From Lama guanicoe (Eukaryota), in NCBI GenBank assembly GCA_013239625.1, contig MU054338.1:312001-376000 (forward strand): DNA of 64,000 nucleotides, read 5' to 3'. This document shows positions 50,281 to 60,335 of the stretch, piece after piece. The notes under the pieces were generated by a model. It saw nothing but the letters and a program-made list of their open reading frames with translations, was not told where the DNA came from and searched no databases. The stretch's first letter is position 1; every line of letters starts with the position of its first letter. The translations under genes were made by a program, and so were the position numbers.

Positions 50281-52913
50281 ATGCCAGCATTCAGGCTCCT
50301 GGGCCTGCTGGCCAGCCTGCTGGCGACCTCTGCAGCCGGTGAGTGCCCACTCCATGCCCGGCATCCCGTGTCTCTGCTGGGGTCCAGTTGCAGGGGAGAG
50401 GCCCAGCAGGGAGGGACCAGCTGGCCCCAGGGCCTGCTTCCCCAGACTCAAGAGAGGGAGAGCAAGCCAGCCCAGGCCACACAGCCAGAAGCTCCCTGAA
50501 GGACATGCATCAGTCCTTTTAGGGAACAGGGTGGTGGGGGGAGTCTGGGCTCTCCCTAAGGACAGGGCTGAGGCTGAAGGGCTGCACCCTTCCCTCCCCA
50601 GGCGCGGCCCCCCTGGGGGACATCGTGGGTGGCAGAAGGGCCCAGCCGCAGCAGTTCCCCTTCCTGGCCTCCATACAGAACCAAGGGAAGCACTTCTGCA
50701 TGGGCTCCCTGCTCCACCCCCGCTTCATCCTGACAGCAGCCAGCTGCTTCCGCAGCAGGTGAGGAGGGGCCCTGGGGTGGAGACTGGGCTCAGAGAGGGA
50801 GACGTTGCGGGAGATTCCTAGGGGTCGCCTGATAGGGGAGGAGGGGCGGGGCTTGGCCAAGGGGAGGGTTCTCCGGAATGGGTGAGGGGCTCAGAAAGGG
50901 ACATGGGAGCCTAGGACGGGCTTGATCTGGACGCCGAGGGGAGACGGGCTGTGGAAGGAAGGAGGCCCGACCATCACCGCTGTCCTCCCCTGGGCTCCGG
51001 AGCTGCGGGCTGGTGATTCCCTGCCTTATTTGCAAGCCTGCAGGGCCCAGGGCCCAGGGTGGGGATAGAAGGTTGGGGGCTTCCCCGCCAGCCCCCAGGG
51101 CTGCCCCAGCTTGGTGTCTTCCCCCTCTGCCCCCACCTGCTCTTAGGAACTCTGGGATTGCCACTGTGGTGCTGGGTGCCTATGACCTGAGGCGGCGTGA
51201 GAGGACCCGGCAGACCTTCTCCATCAGGGGTGTCAGCGAAAATGGCTATGACCCCCAGCAGAATCTCAACGACGTGCTGCTGCTGCAGGTGTCGGGGGAA
51301 CGGGCGGGGGCGGTGGGTCGACCTGAGGGGCTAAGGAGGGAGGGGCCACGGGTCCAAGCCTGGCGTTCTGTTTCCTCTGGCGGCTTAAACCACAGAGCAA
51401 AACGCACAATGCATTCGTCTGTCCTCTAGTTGGTGGACACGTTAAGTTATTTCCAGATCTTTCCGTTAGGACAGAATCACAGTGAACCTCTCTGTACATA
51501 TTTCTTTGCAAAACTTTCTGCAGAGCAGCCACAGAAGCTGGGCTAACTTACCCTCCTGCGAGCAGAATTTGAAACTCCCCATTTCTCCACATCTTAACTG
51601 ACACTGGGTATTTGATTTAAAAAAAAATTTTTTTCTGCCAGTTGTGATGGGGCGGAGGAGAGGGGCATGGTGCCTTGTTTTATCTGCATTTCTTCGGCAA
51701 GCTTTTCACCTTCCGGCTCTCTCAAGGGTGTTTGTCGTAAGAATGATTGATTCTTCTTTTTCTGCAGTGGAGAAACTAGAGGTCCAGAGAGGTAAAGTCA
51801 CTTGGCCAGGATCCCACAGCAGGTTACTGCCTCAGCTGGGATTTGAACCCAAACCACTTTACATACCAAAATGCATGTTGCCGCTATTCTGGCTCTCAGC
51901 TGGGCCCCACGAGGCTCTGGTCTCCAGTTCCGCCCTCTCCTGACCGCGTCTCCCTCCCCAGCTGGACCGTGAGGCCAACCTCACCAGCAGTGTGGCGCTG
52001 GTGCCGCTGCCCTCCCAGGACGCCATGGTGGAAGCCGGCACCAACTGCCAGGTCGCAGGCTGGGGGAGCCAACGGCCTAGAGGGAGGCTCTCCCGCTTCC
52101 CAAGGGTCCTCAATGTCACTGTGACCCCCTCAAGCCGGTGTCGCCCCAACAACGTGTGTACTGGCGTCCTCACCCGCCGAGGCGGCATCTGCCAGGTACG
52201 GGTTCCTCATGGTGGGAGGAGGGGTCTTGAGAGGTGGTGAGCTCTCCGAGGTGGGAGAAAGCAAATCTAGGACAAGGGTCCTGGGATTATGTGTGGAGTC
52301 AGAATGGGATGTTTCAAACACTGGAGCATCTTACCAGCATGAGAAACAGTATTCCTTAAACACTGCACTCCAAGCCCCGTGCTGGGGGCTGGAGACACGG
52401 CCGGGAGCAGGACGGGCAGGGCCTGAGCTTTTGAAGCAGGAGCCCCAGACCTTGTCAGGACAGGGGCATGCCCAGGGCACATCCAGCCGGGGTGTCAGGA
52501 AGTTCCCAGAGGCAAGCGGGACCTGAACTTCAAGCAGGAATTAAAGCAGCACTGGCGAGGGACAAGCCTGCAGGGAGTGGGGGCAGCACGTGCAGAGGGC
52601 CACGGGCAGGAGCAGGCAAGGGCTCCAGGCGTCAGAGCAGTGGCTCTGGGCAGCGAGAAGCAGGGGAGCTGGGCCTGGGGCGCCCTGACTCGCCTGTCTG
52701 TCCCCCACCCAGGGAGACGGGGGCACCCCCCTTGTCTGTAACGGCCTGGCGCACGGCGTGGCCTCCTTCTCCCGTGGGCCCTGCGCCAGGGGCCCTGACT
52801 TCTTCACCCCCGTGGCGCTCTTCAGAGGCTGGATTGATTCAGTTCTAAACAACCCGTTGGATCAGCACCATCCTGACAACAGACCCCCAGGCGAGCCAGT
52901 GGAGGGCCTGTGA
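50281..52913 (+). CDS. AZU1: Azurocidin (CAP37/HBP), inactive serine-protease homolog, 263 aa. Exons 50281-50338, 50602-50758, 51147-51288, 51962-52195, 52713-52913
   Basis: Signal peptide [20 protein letters not shown], mature start [24 protein letters not shown] (His57 to Ser) and GDGGTP (Ser195 to Gly) are diagnostic of azurocidin. The frame is open throughout. AATAAA at 53000-53005. Confidence 0.96.
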
Positions 52914-53298
52914 CCTCCTTTTGAGCAGCCCCCACGCCACGCCCCAACGGTGCAGGTCAAACCCTGGTGCCCCATCGCCGGCCGAACGGTTGTGACTCTA
53001 ATAAAGAAACTCCGCATTGTCTACGTGGAAGCTGGTTTCTGCTCTGCCAGGGTGGGCAGGGGCTCGGGGCCAGAGAGCTCAAACACCCACCAGCTTTAGG
53101 CGCATCCACTGCAAGGGGCCGCCACTCCCTGAATTCGCTCCCAGCCCTGAGAGCCAGGGGCTCGTGTTATCCCCACCTGACAGAGGAGGAACCCAGGCTC
53201 AGGGAGGTTGAGTGAGATCACACAGCCAAGGTGGGCTTTGAACCCAAATCTGTGAAATTCCAGTCCCCTTTAACCGTCTCTCATTTTGGTGGAGAATA

Positions 53299-53615
53299 CA
53301 GTCACCCCTTAGCATCTGCAGGGGCTCGGCTCCAGGACCCCGGGGATGCCGAAATCCGCAGACACTGAAATCCCTTACATCAAGGGGCGTAATATTTGCG
53401 TGTAACCTACCTACATCTGCCGTACATTTTAAATTATCTCTAGATGACTGATAATAACCTCATACAATCTAAATGCTGTGGAAATAGTTGCCTGGGTACA
53501 GCAAATTCAAGTTTTGTTTTTTGGAACTTTCTGGGGAAATTCTTTTCCAAATATTCTTGATCTGCAGTTGATTGAATCTGCGGTCGTAGAACCAGCTGAT
53601 ACCGAGGACCAGCTG
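53299..53615 (+). mobile_element. MER2-like Tigger (TcMar) non-autonomous DNA transposon
   Basis: TA|CAGTCACCCCTTAGCATCTGCAGGGG...ATCTCTAGATGACT..GATACCGAGGACCAGCTG, with degenerate terminal inverted repeats. Confidence 0.7.
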
Positions 53616-53650
53616 CATATTGTGCAGCAGCGTCAGAAGACAGGAGAGAA

Positions 53651-53759
53651 GGGGTGAGGTACAGCTCAGTGGTGGAGCACGTGCTTAGCATGCACGAGGT
53701 CCTGGGCTCAATCCCAGTGCCTCCAATTTGAAAAAGAAATTAAATAAAAAAAAAAAAAA
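53651..53759 (+). mobile_element. Vic-1-type SINE
   Basis: tRNA-Ala-like head followed by poly(A). Confidence 0.8.
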
Positions 53760-53829
53760 GACACCCAGGAAACTGACTTCAAACTATTTGCCACTTGAAT
53801 CACAGGTTAATGAGCCTAGTATGAAAAGA

Positions 53830-54313
53830 GCTAAAATATAAATATAAAATAATAAATATAATGATATAAATGATACCTAAAACACAATAATTGTATAAAT
53901 ATAATTCCATAAGTAATCATAAAACAATAAATATAATTGTATAAATAGCATACAAATTAGAACAAATATAATAGTTTACCAAACTAAATAAAATTATCTT
54001 ACTAAAATAAAAATTAAACCATAAAAAAAGTTTAAAAATTAAATCATACTAAATATTGGTAGTATAAAATATTATACATGTATTTTAAAATATTTACTTA
54101 ATAACATATGATAAATAATAATAAATCCATTGTATAAATATTGTTTATATTTAATGTATATATTTATAATATAATAAATATAATATGCACATAAAAGTCA
54201 ATAAGAAAAAACCCAAGAGCTCAGTATAAATATTTTATATTTAATGTATATATTTATAATATAATAAATATAATATGCACATAAAAGTCAATAAGAAAAA
54301 ACCCAAGAGCTCA
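53830..54313. repeat. AT-rich low-complexity island ending in a ~90-bp tandem duplication (54132-54223 and 54224-54313)
   Basis: GTATAAATATT..TAATATGCACATAAAAGTCAATAAGAAAAAACCCAAGAGCTCA occurs twice. Confidence 0.9.
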
Positions 54314-54439
54314 CTAGTAAAAAAGTGGGTAAAGGGTGTGAACCGTTGGCCGCAGAGAAACACAGAAGGCTCTGGACAATGTGGAGACCTCCCCGCCTCA
54401 CCCGGGACGGGAGAAATGCCAGCTGGCCTCCCGGAGGCA

Positions 54440-54555
54440 GTTTTCTGTGTCTGCCTCTCTCACTGAGCATCGTGTTCTCGGGGTCCGTCCACGTGGGAGT
54501 GGGGGTCAGGGCTGCTCTCCTTCTCACGGCTGAATGATGCTCCCGTGTGTGTTTC
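54440..54555 (-). mobile_element. Partial copy of the homogenised L1M core
   Basis: TGTGTCTGCCTCTCTCACTGAGCATCGTGTTCTCGGGGTCCGTCCACGTGGGAGTGGGGGTCAGGGCTGCTCTCC. Confidence 0.75.
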
Positions 54556-55796
54556 CTTTCATCAGCTGAGGGTTAACTCAGTTCTTAACCTGTATCACGT
54601 AAGTTAACCCCACGTTCACATTATCCCATCATTAACAGATGGGGAAACTGAGGCCCAGGGAAGTGGCGTTCCCAGAATCATCAAGCACAGCAGAATGTGC
54701 ACCCAGGCAAGGGGTGTGTGACCGCCACGCGCTACTCCCAGAAGAACCTGGCTCTGAGGAAGGTGCGTGCTCATCTGTCTCGACCAGGCAGAGGAGTGAC
54801 AGGGTGGCAGTGCTGGCACCGAGGGCTGCCACCTGCACTCACTGTGCGCCCAGCACGCTCCAAAAATCTAATTGGTCCACTCCTTCCGCTGCTGCCCCGG
54901 GGGAGGTACTGTTACCATTTCTGGCCCACTGTACAGGTGGGGACACTGAGGCATCCAGCGTGGGAGGCAGCCTGCCTGGCTGGGAGTGCCAGATCCCATC
55001 AGCAGAGACGTTCTTGCTGAACAAGAACAACTAGTTCTGAAGCCCAAGGGCCCAGCAGCCCCGGTTTCTGCAGGTACGTGGTAGGGCCACACCCAGAGGA
55101 CCCACGTCCACAGTGGATGCCCCGCAGGGGGACATGGGGACCATTCCCAAGGGACCAGGGTGATGTGGCTTAAACATGCATCGGCGGAGGCGGGGGTGGA
55201 CGCCTGTGGGAGGAGGGAGGGAGAGGCAGCCAGTCAGGTAGGCTGGCCAGAGTCCCCAAGGGGTGAGACCCAGATCCAGCTGTTTCTGTCTCCGAACATC
55301 CCCTGTGAGAGGCTCCTTCCTTCCGAAGGGGACAGTGTCACATGGTGGGGGATGGATTCAGCATCTGTGGGACTCCCGCTGAGGACGCAGACCCCATCTC
55401 CGCGCAGAGGCCCTGCACAAGCCCACGGGGAAGGCCAGTCCACAGAATGCCTGGCCAGTTCGGGCTGCGGCTGGGACAAGAGTCCAGAGACAGGAGAGGC
55501 TGGGGGGCTGCCCAGAGCCGAGGAGACCCCCGGGGAGCCCTGGACCAGAGAAAGGCGGCTGTCAGACCCGGGTCCATCAGGGAGGCAGCCTTTGTGCAGG
55601 ACAGTGGCACTGGGGCACCTAAGGCAGCAAACCCGGGGATCCTGGGGTTGTCTGCAAGTGTGAAGTGGTGGTTTCAAAATGAAAAGTTAAAAACCTCAGA
55701 TTCAGTGAGCTCTTCTATTCCTGCTTCTGTAGGTTTAAATTTTTCATAATGAGTCATTTATAAATAAATACATAAATAGGTAACTGTCTCCTCTGC

Positions 55797-56003
55797 ACCG
55801 GGGTCTCCCCTCCCTCCGCCCTCACCCCGAGCTGCACAGCTGACACTGGGGTGGGTCATCTTCTGCTGGGGGGGGTGTCCTGAGCACTGTGGGGTGTGGA
55901 GCAGCCTCCCTGGCCCCACCCACTCGATGCCAGGAACACCCCCAGTCATGACAAACCCAGACGTCCCCCACGGGATAGAGGAATCATCCCAGGTAAGAAC
56001 CCT
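55797..56003 (-). mobile_element. MER20-like hAT DNA transposon remnant
   Basis: GCAGCCTCCCTGGCCCCACCCACTCGATGCCAGGAACACCCCCAGTCATGACAAAC..GGTAAGAACCCTG. Confidence 0.65.
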
Positions 56004-56508
56004 GCCTTAGGGGGAAAAGTGAGCCCCTGACACAGTCAGGCTGGAGAGATGTTCCCGTGGGTCTCAAGAGGGGCACGGCTCTGAGACCCTCACCCCCGTT
56101 TCTGTCCTGCTGCGTGGGGCACACCCCAGCCCCTGCACATGCCGGCCACATCCTGCCTCGCTGGGGCCACAGGGACCCCGTGGGGGAGCAGTGTTCCCTT
56201 GGAGATGTGGCAGGTGGGGCATGTGTCACTCTGAGGGCCGTGTGGCCACACTGCCCCCTTGTCCAGCGGACCCCAGCATGTGGTGAGTGGGAGACAGTTT
56301 CCTACACCTCTGGGGGGGCAGGACCCAGAGCCTGACCCTGAAGCCCCTGCCTCCTTCTGGGGTGCAGCTTTGACCCACTAGCTCCCCATGGCCCCAAAGT
56401 TGGAAGGAAGAAGCAGGGACGCACAGCTCAGGTGTGGGGCAACCACAGTGGCCTCCCTGAATTGGGGCTATGAAAGTGGGGTGGGCAGGCAGGGAGGACT
56501 GCCAGACC

Positions 56509-59402
56509 ACAAGCCAAAGCTGCAGACACTCCAGCTCTGCCCTCGCCCCCATCCTGCTAGCCATGCTGCTGGGCTGTTAGTGGGGCACGTGTCAGTCTGT
56601 CCATCTGTCTGCCTGGGCCCATCTGATTCTGGGGGGACTCCAGCACCCTCAGGGCTCCAATGGGGAGCTGAGGCGGGACCAGAGCAGGGTGGGCGAGGGG
56701 AATGAGAGAAAGGGAGAGGATGTTGGCTCCGTTTCCCTCTCTGTCAAACGGCCAAAACCTAGTCCTCCGGCCCAGGAGGCGTCGTGGGGCTTCCACGGAA
56801 CCAGAGCTCCCCGACAGCGCCTGGCCCACAACGCACGCACGTTCAGCCAGCGCGCGGGCACAGGTGACGGTGTCAGCGGGTGACCACGCAAAGGTTAGAG
56901 GAGGAACGGGGCTGAGAGCCCCCGCCCCGCCCTCATCCCGCCCAGGCTTCTCCACGGCTCAGTTTGTCCATCTACTAAGCGGGTCCCCTTGTCAGCTCCT
57001 CCCGCCCACCTCTAAAACTCCCGACCTCCAGGCCTGGGCGCCGCCGCCTCCCGGGAGCCCTCGGAGATACCAGTGATGCTGACCGCCGGCTCTCCCGCCG
57101 CAGACGCCAGCCCCTCTCTGCTGCCAGGGGACCCCAGTTCGCAGATGGCGAGACGGAGGCGCGAGGGCTCCCGGAGCTGGTGGAGGTCGCACAGCGGCTC
57201 TGCCCTCCCCTGTCCGGGCTCCCCGGGCGGGGGGAGGCCCGGCCGCTGACCCCCGCGTCCCCACGTGCAGCCCGGGCGGCGGAGACCGTGGGCGGGGGGC
57301 AGCCGAGCCCCGCTGGCGCCCCTCCACGGTGTCCCTGCGGCTCCTCCCGCCGCCCCCCAGAGCCACGGCCGCGGCGCCACCTGATCCATCCGCACTCCGC
57401 GGACCGCCGCCCGCTGCCGGAACAACATGTGAGTGCGCCTGCGCGGGGCGGCCCCGCCTGCGCCCGCGGGGGGGGCGGCGCTTCCCCGGTCTCACCCCCT
57501 CCTCTGTCGGGCCCACCCTCTCATTCCACCCCAGGCGGGCACCTCCCCGCCCCTCAGCCCGACGTGGACCCCTGATGCCCCCGGAGGGTTAGGTTCAAGC
57601 CAGGGGTCTGCCCCTCGGGGGCAAGATGCAGACGCGGTGTGGGGTTCTCCTTGGGCGGCGGGGGGAGTCACTGAGGGGCTGCAGCCTGACCCTCAGGACG
57701 GAGCTGGGGTCACAGGTGGGGGTCGGGAGCCAATCCTGTCCTGACCCTCAGGAACCCCGTGCGGAGCCCACCCAGCAGAGGTTCAGCCCCACTCGCGTGT
57801 TTGAGAACAACTGTCACCCGCAGGAGGATCTCACTGACATCCTCCTCCTGAAGGCGGGTGAGCAGGGCCCGTAGGGCCGGGAGACCGCCACCTACTGTAT
57901 ACCAGCCTCGGAGCCGGGGTGGACACGGCCTGGTGTAGGCCTAGTAGGGAGAGAGCCATGTCCCCCACCTGGCGGACTGTTCCCAGATACCCTCCCCCCA
58001 GCCTTGGCACCAACCTCACCTTCTCAAGGAGGTCTCCCCTCACCCTGCTTGAGTGACAGACATTCCCTCCCCTGATTTACTGTTCACCGCTGGTCTGTGT
58101 TTCCCTTGATTATACAACTTACCATCCTCTTCTTGGCCCCTCCCACCCTAAAAGATCAGCTCCCGGAGGGCGGAGGTAGGAACCCCAGTGCTTAGCACAG
58201 ATCCAAGGATACAGTTGGTGCTCAATTTGTGTTTTGTAAGTGAATGAAAGCAACAGAGACCCATGCTGCAAAGGGGAGGCTCACAGTCTTAGGGAATGTA
58301 AAACAGGCCTGGCGGACTTGGAGGGTGATCAGGGCTGACTCCCTGGAGGAGGTGACCTTAAAGTAGAGCCTGAGGGTGAGTGGGAGGAGCCAGGTGGAGG
58401 GAACAGCATGTGCAAAGGCCCAGAGGAGGCACAGCGAGATGATCGTCAGTGGGTGGATTTGGGTTGGAGATTGGGACTCTCTGCTCCAGCTGGACTGCCC
58501 AGCCACCCTCAACACCTGGGCTTCAGTGGCCCCACTCCCCCAGCAGCACTAGATGCTGCCCCATGGCACACAGTGCCTGGTCATGGGCTGGAGCCGCCTG
58601 GGTACCTGCCAGCTGCTACCCCAGGCCCTGTAGGAGCTCAGTGTCACGGTGGTCACTTTTCTGTGTCGGACGCAGGATGTGCGCACCTTTGTTTCCCAAC
58701 GCAGCCCCGGCAAATGCTTTGTACCAATGTGCAGCTCCCCGGCCCCGCACCCAGTGGCTGCAGGGACCCCCATGGGAGGGGGGCCGCGGGGGCCCAACCC
58801 CACCTTCCCACCTTCTCCTTGCTGAGCCACTTCAGGCTCTGCTCCCCGTCTCTCCCCTGGGAAGGTGGGCACACCCATTGTGAGGGTCCACAGGGGGCTG
58901 TGTGGACCGGCCTCGGCCCCCAGGCACAGAATGAACACTCCTGTGGTACCTGGTGATCTTTTTGTGGGTCTGGGGGCTTTTCCTCCTGGCCCCCTCTCAG
59001 ACCCCAGGGAGGTGTGGATGGCCAGCCCAGCCTCACTCCAGGGGCCACACCCTGAATCTGGGGTCCAGGTATACAGCAGGGGGCCAATAAATGCCCACGA
59101 TCCTCCAGAGGAGCCTTATCTCCCTGTCTCACCCACGTGCCTGTGAGAAAATTCCAGACTGGACACATTTCACCCCCAAATGGCCCCTTCCCCTGAGGTA
59201 GCCTGGTTCGGCTGCTCGGCCTGGCCTGGGTGACTCACCAACCTGCCCCCTCCCCAGGGGGCCTCAGGTGGTCCCTCCAGGCTGTGGACTCCTTCGTGAT
59301 CCGGGATTGTGCCACCAGCCAGTTCCCAGACTTCTCTGTGTCTCCTTCTATGTAGACTGGATCCGCTCCGTGCTGAGCAGCATGGGGAGTGAGGACCCCT
59401 GA
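56509..59402 (+). pseudogene. PRTN3: Proteinase 3 (myeloblastin) pseudogene. Exon remnants 56509-56575, 57265-57428, 57752-57853, 58490-58720, 59258-59402
   Basis: Sits in the syntenic slot between AZU1 and ELANE. PR3-like peptides remain (EPTQQRFS..VFENN, LPHGTQCLVMGW, VTVVTFLCR, DSFVIRDCATSQFPDF, YVDWIRSVL). Start codon lost, splice sites mutated, frameshifts present, and in-frame TAG at 58550-58552 and 58631-58633. AATAAA at 59542-59547. Confidence 0.93.
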
Positions 59403-60314
59403 GCCACCCCCTCCCACTGGACCTCTGCAGGCACTGAGGCCCAGCTGTGGACAGAGGTGGCAGGTCTGTTCCCATGTCTGCGCCCCCAAGCCCTCCAGCT
59501 CCACTGTCGGGACCCAAGCAGCCCAGCCCCATGGTGCCGAGAATAAAAGGTGAAACACGCCCCCTGCCTCCTGTGTGTCCTTCCCACAGGGAGATGCAGG
59601 AGAGAATGGCCCAGGGGCCTCAGCATCCCAGTCCCCAAACCCTAAACTGGGATGGGGGTTGGAGCAGAGGCCTGGAGTCTGGAGGAGGGCCCAGGTCACA
59701 GTGGATCCCACCCTCCCAGAAGCCCGCAGACATGAGTTCTAATCCAGCCCTGCCAGTGTGACCCTGGGCAAGTTGCTATCCATCTCTGTGCCTCAGTTTC
59801 CCCATCTGGAGATTTGAGTCACCAGACATTTCCCAGAACTGTCCGAAGAGCCCCACCCTGCCCTGGAGGCAGGGGCCGCTAGAGGTCCAGGCGGTCATAA
59901 CGTGGGGTGTCCAGGGCCTGTGGGACTCCTGATCCAGTCGGGGCAGGCAGAAGGACTACTAGCAAGGCTTCCTGGAGGAGGCGGCAATGCCTGAGCTGGC
60001 TCCCAAGGCTTGAACAGGAACAAAAGAAGGGCCGCCAGGCCAGGCGCAGCACATGTGAAGGTCCTGCGTCAGGACCAGCTTGTGGGTGTGAAGGGCAGCA
60101 AGGCACGTGGTGTGGGGAAGGGGCAGGGCCGGCATGTGCTGGGCCACGGGATGGACTGGTGTCTGGAGGAGAGGCAGGGGTCACTGGCAAGCCAGTCGTG
60201 GAGAGGGCGAGTGGCCATGGGAAAGAGGCAGCCGAGGCTCAGAGAGAGGGGCCCAGAGGCTGGCGGACTGACTCACCAGAAGTGGAAGGCAGCTCTTTCG
60301 TTATTGATTTACTC

Positions 60315-60335
60315 TGCTGCCACCTGGTGGCAGCA
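60315..60335. promoter_or_regulatory. Palindromic CTCF motif
   Basis: TGCTGCCACC-T-GGTGGCAGCA. Confidence 0.6.

Noticed and set aside
56509..59402. Pseudogene as a duplicated ELANE rather than PRTN3
   Set aside because: Only exon 1 is ELANE-like. Exons 2-5 carry PR3-specific motifs (AARAAE, EPTQQ, PHGTQC, DSFVI) and it occupies the PRTN3 slot.
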